A DNA stretch of 64,000 nucleotides from a virus. Shown one piece after another: positions 59,411-64,000 of this stretch. Both the position numbers and the translations under genes were made by a program. The DNA lies in the IMG/VR virus record IMGVR_UViG_3300025424_000296, positions 1-64,000 of that record. One strand, 5' to 3'. Within the stretch, counting starts at the first letter, position 1. Every line of letters begins with the position of its first letter. The notes beneath the pieces are model-generated. The model was not told where the DNA came from. It saw nothing but the letters and a program-made list of their open reading frames with translations, and ran no database searches.

Positions 59411-60145
59411 ATGTTTACATTTTTTCACAGAACAACAAAAATAACTCTAGATTGTTTTACAGCTATGCCCGAAGTTTATAACTGTGTGCCAATAATTAAA
59501 ACATCGAGAACTATACCAGACTGGTGGAAATCTTTACCAAATCCTGGCAAAGGAAATGCATTAGTGAATCCTAACGACAATAACAATATGCGGCGTTGTT
59601 ACGGATTTGTTGAGCTGTTGAAAAAAGGTGTAACCTTATGTAATTGGGCAGATATGCATCTCCGTGTGACCGATGCTGGATATAAATTTAAAGTTACTGC
59701 CGGAGTAGAACCGGGATGCCATCATACTGATCAATATCAAGGAGCATTTTTAGACTGGTTTCACGTTAAGATGCATAGTCCTTGGTACTTCAGAGAAAAA
59801 ACAGGAGTACAATTTTTGTTTATGGGTGCTGAATGGCTGTTAGACAAATACGACTTTAAAGTTTTACCAGGTGTCGTTGAATTTCAAGTTAATGCTGCAA
59901 CTAATGTTAATATTATGGTACAAGCCAGAAGAGATCCGTATGATATATTTTTACCAGCAGGCCAGCCGTTAGTACAGTTAATACCATTAACTGAAAATAA
60001 AACAATAGAAGTAAAATGCCATGTAGTAACAGATGCAGAATACAGTAAAATTGCTCGACATCATATAACTTATAGGGGAATTAAAGAACAATTAAAATTA
60101 TATAAAAAGGCGCATACACCTGAATCAAAGTGTCCTTTTCACTGA
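59411..60145 (+). CDS. Paralog of 56089..56832
   Basis: End-to-end motif sharing. Confidence 0.8.
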   Translation: MFTFFHRTTKITLDCFTAMPEVYNCVPIIKTSRTIPDWWKSLPNPGKGNALVNPNDNNNMRRCYGFVELLKKGVTLCNWADMHLRVTDAGYKFKVTAGVEPGCHHTDQYQGAFLDWFHVKMHSPWYFREKTGVQFLFMGAEWLLDKYDFKVLPGVVEFQVNAATNVNIMVQARRDPYDIFLPAGQPLVQLIPLTENKTIEVKCHVVTDAEYSKIARHHITYRGIKEQLKLYKKAHTPESKCPFH

Positions 60146-60175
60146 TTTTAAATCTTTAAAACAAGGTAGAGTTAA

Positions 60176-61735
60176 ATGCAAATTAATAGTATAATAATTG
60201 TAGGCGGGGGATCATCAGGATGGATGACTGCTGCTCTAATTTCAAAATTACTACCTGAAATTAATTTATCACTAGTAGAATCTAAACATATACCTATCAT
60301 CGGCGTCGGGGAATCAACTTTATCAAGTATTAACTCATATTTGCGAAGACTTGAAATACATGATGATCAATGGATGAGTAAATGTAATGCTACTTATAAA
60401 ACATCTATTAGATTTACTAATTTTTTTGAACAGGGTAAATCATATCATGACGTATTAAAATATCTAGAGGTTCCATTTCCCATACCAGGTAATTTTGGAA
60501 TTACAATATTTAATCTATTATGCCTTAGATTTCCTGACGAATTTAGACCAGAAGATTTACCTAAATTTGCAGATGACACTTGGCAAATGATAGAAAATAA
60601 CAGGTACACCGATGATCCTGGTCCAATGAGTTGGGATACTAAAAAAGAAAAAGCATATCATTTTGATGCTTATAAATTTGGATTGGTATTAAAAGATTTA
60701 TTAGCCATTCCGAATGGAACAACACACATACAAGACGATGTATTAGAAGTACAAACTGATAAATTTGGTGTTAGCGGACTTGTGACTAAAGAACATGGAA
60801 TATTAACAGCCGACTTATACATAGACTGTACAGGATTTAAGTCGTTATTGCTAGGTGAAACATTGGATACCCCTTTTAATAGGTTTGATGATACGCTGTT
60901 AAATAATAAAGCTGTAGTTACCAACATACCATATCTTGATAAAGTTAATGAATTAACCAGTTATACTGATTGTACAACCATGCCAAATGGTTGGCTATGG
61001 ACTATCCCTACATGGGATAAACTCGGAACAGGATATGTTTATTCAGATAAATTTGTTGATAATGAAACTGCAAAAAAACAATTTATAGACACTCTGAGAT
61101 CTCGATATGGAGACAGAGTTAACGAATGTGAATTCCGTTACATTGAATTCACTCCCGGTGTGAGGGATATACCATGGAATAAAAATGTCGTCGGTATTGG
61201 ACTAAGTTGTGGATTTATAGAACCACTTAGATCAACCGGACTTCAGGTTACACATGATATGGCAATAACATTAACTGATATATTAATTAAAAACAGTAGG
61301 AAAATAGGTAGTATTAATAAAGAAATTTATAATTTTAATGTTAAAGTACTCTTGCACAATGCTAGAGATTTTGTATCTTTACATTACGCATTATCTAAAA
61401 GATGCGACACAGATTATTGGAAACACGCAGTAAATGATGTAAGTTATTTTAAGGATAATGATCTTTTTAAACAATTTGCATATTCTGGAACTAGTAATGT
61501 ATTGAATAAATTTAACAGTAATGATCAAATGTTTAGAACGTATGCTAGTTCTGGATATAATAGAATGACAGAAGCTGATTTTAAAATTTTATTAGACGAT
61601 AATCCTGATTTAGATAGAGATTTACAAACTGTTAAAAAGATATGGACAAGACGGCATCAAGAAATCGGAGCATATGTAAAAACGTTGCCTACTACAGCTG
61701 AATTTTTAAAGAAAAATATATATAATACCGATTGA
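60176..61735 (+). CDS. Flavin-dependent tryptophan halogenase-like protein
   Basis: VGGGSSGW, IGVGEST, AT.K (catalytic Lys position), AYHFDA, DCTGF, W.W.IP, F.EPL.STG. Confidence 0.92.
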   Translation: MQINSIIIVGGGSSGWMTAALISKLLPEINLSLVESKHIPIIGVGESTLSSINSYLRRLEIHDDQWMSKCNATYKTSIRFTNFFEQGKSYHDVLKYLEVPFPIPGNFGITIFNLLCLRFPDEFRPEDLPKFADDTWQMIENNRYTDDPGPMSWDTKKEKAYHFDAYKFGLVLKDLLAIPNGTTHIQDDVLEVQTDKFGVSGLVTKEHGILTADLYIDCTGFKSLLLGETLDTPFNRFDDTLLNNKAVVTNIPYLDKVNELTSYTDCTTMPNGWLWTIPTWDKLGTGYVYSDKFVDNETAKKQFIDTLRSRYGDRVNECEFRYIEFTPGVRDIPWNKNVVGIGLSCGFIEPLRSTGLQVTHDMAITLTDILIKNSRKIGSINKEIYNFNVKVLLHNARDFVSLHYALSKRCDTDYWKHAVNDVSYFKDNDLFKQFAYSGTSNVLNKFNSNDQMFRTYASSGYNRMTEADFKILLDDNPDLDRDLQTVKKIWTRRHQEIGAYVKTLPTTAEFLKKNIYNTD

Positions 61736-61770
61736 CTTTATCAACAAAGACTATATAGTATAAAAACGTT

Positions 61771-61860
61771 ATGAGAAAGAACAAAACAGTGGGCTACTGG
61801 CTAAATTTTATTTGTTTGCAACTAACCTGGATTGAACCAGGGGAGGGGCCTATCGTATAG
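61771..61860 (+). CDS. Attenuator leader peptide MRKNKTVGYWLNFICLQLTWIEPGEGPIV
   Basis: ATG about 10 nt after TTGACT-N16-TATAGT promoter; stop codon lies in the 5' arm of the antiterminator. Confidence 0.55.
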   Translation: MRKNKTVGYWLNFICLQLTWIEPGEGPIV

Positions 61861-61922
61861 TGTGATGTGATGACATTATACGACTTTTAGGCCCTTGGAA
61901 CAGACGTGTTTCAAGGGTTTTT
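61844..61922 (+). promoter_or_regulatory. Mutually exclusive antiterminator/terminator (attenuator)
   Basis: Antiterminator 61844-52/61888-96 plus 61853-63/61873-83; terminator CCCTTGGAACA-GACG-TGTTTCAAGGG-TTTTT shares 61892-96. Confidence 0.75.
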
Positions 61923-61944
61923 GTTTATCAAAGGAGAAACTGAA

Positions 61945-62100
61945 ATGAAATGGTCCAAGTTGATTCAACGAACATACAAAGCTATAATCAAGGGCGATGT
62001 AGAAAAAGAAGCCAAACTATGGCATAGAGCTCTTAAGAAAAATATGAAAGCGCATGCCAAAGGTAAAAAGAGAAAACCAGGCGATACTGTTATACGTTAA
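61945..62100 (+). CDS. Small basic protein (51 aa)
   Basis: AAGGAG RBS just after the attenuator. Confidence 0.65.
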   Translation: MKWSKLIQRTYKAIIKGDVEKEAKLWHRALKKNMKAHAKGKKRKPGDTVIR

Positions 62101-62110
62101 AATCCAGTAT

Positions 62111-62187
62111 GCTCCCATAGATTACGTTGGTTAGATCGTTGCCCTTTCACGGCAAAGAACCCGGATCGTCGCCGGGTGGGAGCACCA
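62111..62187 (+). tRNA. tRNA-Glu(UUC), non-canonical T-loop
   Basis: GCTCCCA/TGGGAGC, TTGCC-CTTTCAC-GGCAA, CCCGG-ATCGTCG-CCGGG, ACCA. Confidence 0.9.
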
Positions 62188-62201
62188 TTTAAAAGTTATA
62201 A

Positions 62202-62278
62202 TGGCGTGTAGCTCGGTTGGTCAGAGCATTCGACTGATAATCGAAAGGTCGGTAGTTCAAATCTACCCATGCCAACCA
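62202..62278 (+). tRNA. tRNA-Ile(GAU)
   Basis: TGGCGTG/CATGCCA, TTCGA-CTGATAA-TCGAA, T-loop TTCAAAT, ACCA. Confidence 0.93.
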
Positions 62279-62344
62279 TTATAAATAGATTTACTACAAT
62301 TTATACCATAAAATATCATATTTATAATACATAAAGGAACATTC

Positions 62345-63112
62345 ATGCTCATCGATTGTGTTTCATTTCTAAATGAATATGAAATGTTAGAGGGTAGATT
62401 AAAATATCTTTATGATATAGTCGACCACTTTATTATAGTAGAATCAGACTTTACATACACAGGTACACCTAAACCATTTAATTTTCAAGAAAATCGTGAT
62501 AGATACATGCCATTCATGGATAAAATCATTTATCTTCCTACACATCTTGATTATCAACCAGGAGTTAATCCCTGGCATATAGAAGACCGTCAACGAAATA
62601 GATATAATGATGCACTACAAGAATTCAGTAATGACACAGTGGTTATGATGAGCGACTGTGACGAAATACCATTGAAAGCTACGATACCTGCAGCAATTGA
62701 AGATTTAAAACAGAAAGGAACAACAACTGCATTCCAACAGCAATGCTTTTGGTTTAATTTTGATTGTTATGCAACATATCATAGCAATCCATGGCCGGGT
62801 ACAATCATGTCAACAGTTGGAATTTTAAGAAATCAAACAACTGGCCCAATGCGCGGACAACGATACCATTATAGACCAACTCAAAATGGTGGCTATCATC
62901 TTTCATACTTTTTTGACAACGAACGAATCAGTTTTAAAATACAAAGCTCGTCGCATAGAGAACAAGACTCTGAGACTGTTAGAAATTTAGACTACATTAG
63001 TGATAAAATTAAAAATCGTATTTGTTTGTTTAACAATGTACCATTTGACACCCCGCCTCCAATTGATCCTGAAATTTATGAAATTTTTCACGGATTACAA
63101 AATATGGGATAA
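62345..63112 (+). CDS. GT17-like beta-1,4-N-acetylglucosaminyltransferase
   Basis: DC..F.NE..MLE.RL..L...VD.F.IVES..T.TG.PK, E..QRN, SD.DEIP, G.H.SYF. Confidence 0.88.
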   Translation: MLIDCVSFLNEYEMLEGRLKYLYDIVDHFIIVESDFTYTGTPKPFNFQENRDRYMPFMDKIIYLPTHLDYQPGVNPWHIEDRQRNRYNDALQEFSNDTVVMMSDCDEIPLKATIPAAIEDLKQKGTTTAFQQQCFWFNFDCYATYHSNPWPGTIMSTVGILRNQTTGPMRGQRYHYRPTQNGGYHLSYFFDNERISFKIQSSSHREQDSETVRNLDYISDKIKNRICLFNNVPFDTPPPIDPEIYEIFHGLQNMG

Positions 63113-63176
63113 ATCCTTAATTTATTGACTTTGTAACTTTTATTACAAAATAATAAATGATCAAGGAGGAAAGACC

Positions 63177-63368
63177 ATGAATAAGATTTTAATCACACTA
63201 ATAGTATCACTATTTGCTACATCTGTTGTGGCACTAACCGTCATACCGGCAGCAGTAAAAACTTCAAATGATGTTGCAGTTTCCAAACCAGCTGCTAAAT
63301 CCCACACAGGAACTTGGTTGCCACCAAAAGAAATACAAGACAAGGTTGCAAAAGAAAAACAAAAATAA
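63177..63368 (+). CDS. Small secreted protein
   Basis: AGGAGG RBS; signal peptide. Confidence 0.6.
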   Translation: MNKILITLIVSLFATSVVALTVIPAAVKTSNDVAVSKPAAKSHTGTWLPPKEIQDKVAKEKQK

Positions 63369-63382
63369 TATACTTTAAAGAT

Positions 63383-63458
63383 GCTGGTGTAGCTCAGTTG
63401 ATAGAGCGCGGCATTAGTAATGCCGATGTCGGGAGTTTGAACCTCTCCACCAGCACCA
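63383..63458 (+). tRNA. tRNA-Thr(AGU)
   Basis: GCTGGTG/CACCAGC, CGGCA-TTAGTAA-TGCCG, GGGAG-TTTGAAC-CTCTC, ACCA. Confidence 0.88.
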
Positions 63459-63463
63459 CCTTA

Positions 63464-63590
63464 GCCCTTGTAGCCCAACTGGCAGAGGCAGGAGACTTAC
63501 GAGAAAGGGTTAAAGCCCATAACGGTGCGATTCCGGAATCTCGGAGATAAAATCTCCCAAGTATCAGTTCGAATCTGATCAAGGGCACCA
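63464..63590 (+). tRNA. tRNA-Leu(UAA)-like gene with a 50-nt anticodon-loop insertion (Val UAC if spliced in another register)
   Basis: GCCCTTG/CAAGGGC-ACCA, D-arm GCC/GGC, anticodon stem GGAGA/TCTCC enclosing 57 nt, T-arm ATCAG-TTCGAAT-CTGAT. Confidence 0.85.
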
Positions 63591-63660
63591 GAAATTATAA
63601 GTCCGACCGCTGGTATCACAACTTCAATAAGTAGTATTAGTACAACTTGTGAGATTTTTA

Positions 63661-63840
63661 ATGAAAGACCGTGTAATTTTAACAACATTTTTGATTTTAA
63701 TTCTAGCAATGGCATTGGTAGGATGTAATTCAGTTGAGAACATTGATACTAACGGCTATTACACTCATAGCAACAGTATAACTCAACATGTTTGTCCGGT
63801 GCAGGTTAGACATAACGTCGTTAAATGGTTACCATGCTGA
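63661..63840 (+). CDS. Small lipoprotein
   Basis: Hydrophobic signal plus LVGC lipobox. Confidence 0.6.
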   Translation: MKDRVILTTFLILILAMALVGCNSVENIDTNGYYTHSNSITQHVCPVQVRHNVVKWLPC

Positions 63841-64000
63841 TATTGTAATCAGTTGTATGTTAACCTATACTTGATACATGATTACAACAACTATATTACT
63901 ATTGGGCACAGTCGTATGGCTTATTCTAACTATAATTGTTTTTGGTTTAACTGGATTTGATAGAATTTTGGCATGCTTGCAAATGTGGTTTGATAGAAAA

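Noticed and set aside
63491-63557. Twister, pistol or group I ribozyme identity for the tRNA insert
   Set aside because: GGGTTAAAGCCC and TCTCG-GA resemble twister parts, but the GC needed for the T2 pseudoknot after P2 is absent; no pistol pseudoknot partner; too short for group I
63314-63715. ORFs 63314..63550, 63394..63588 and 63497..63715
   Set aside because: They overlap well-formed tRNA genes and have no coding signals

Overview
AT-rich, gene-dense segment of a large (jumbo-type) tailed phage genome using the standard genetic code; it is not a bacterial chromosome. Evidence: T4-like late-promoter cores (TAAATA), an rIIA-like ATPase, collagen/RCC1/beta-propeller fibre proteins, four free-standing homing endonucleases, many short orphan ORFs and CCA-encoding tRNAs. 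Host-like genes and cis-signals point to an Alphaproteobacterial host: Shemin-pathway ALA synthase, alpha-type DnaK/GlpD/L,D-transpeptidase, ROSE-like thermometers, an RpoH-type promoter and a PhaR-type operator. The window carries a proteostasis/translation block (clpX-infC-rpsU-ibpA-clpS, dnaK, cyclophilin), a prkA(yeaG)-yeaH-spoVR operon, queD, hemA, glpD, and glycosylation, halogenase and JmjC genes. The strongest candidate for an undescribed system is a translation-failure sensing and rescue module. Its centre is a leader-peptide attenuator (61771-61922) whose default fold permits read-through into the tRNA cluster unless a ribosome completes a leader using 16 different amino acids. The downstream tRNAs are atypical: Thr with an AGU anticodon, a Leu/Val gene with a structured 50-nt anticodon-loop insertion, and Glu with a swapped A54/U58 T-loop. 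Elsewhere in the window are unannotated small ArfA-like, RMF-like and Smr proteins. All functional calls are from motif recognition by eye; no searches were run.
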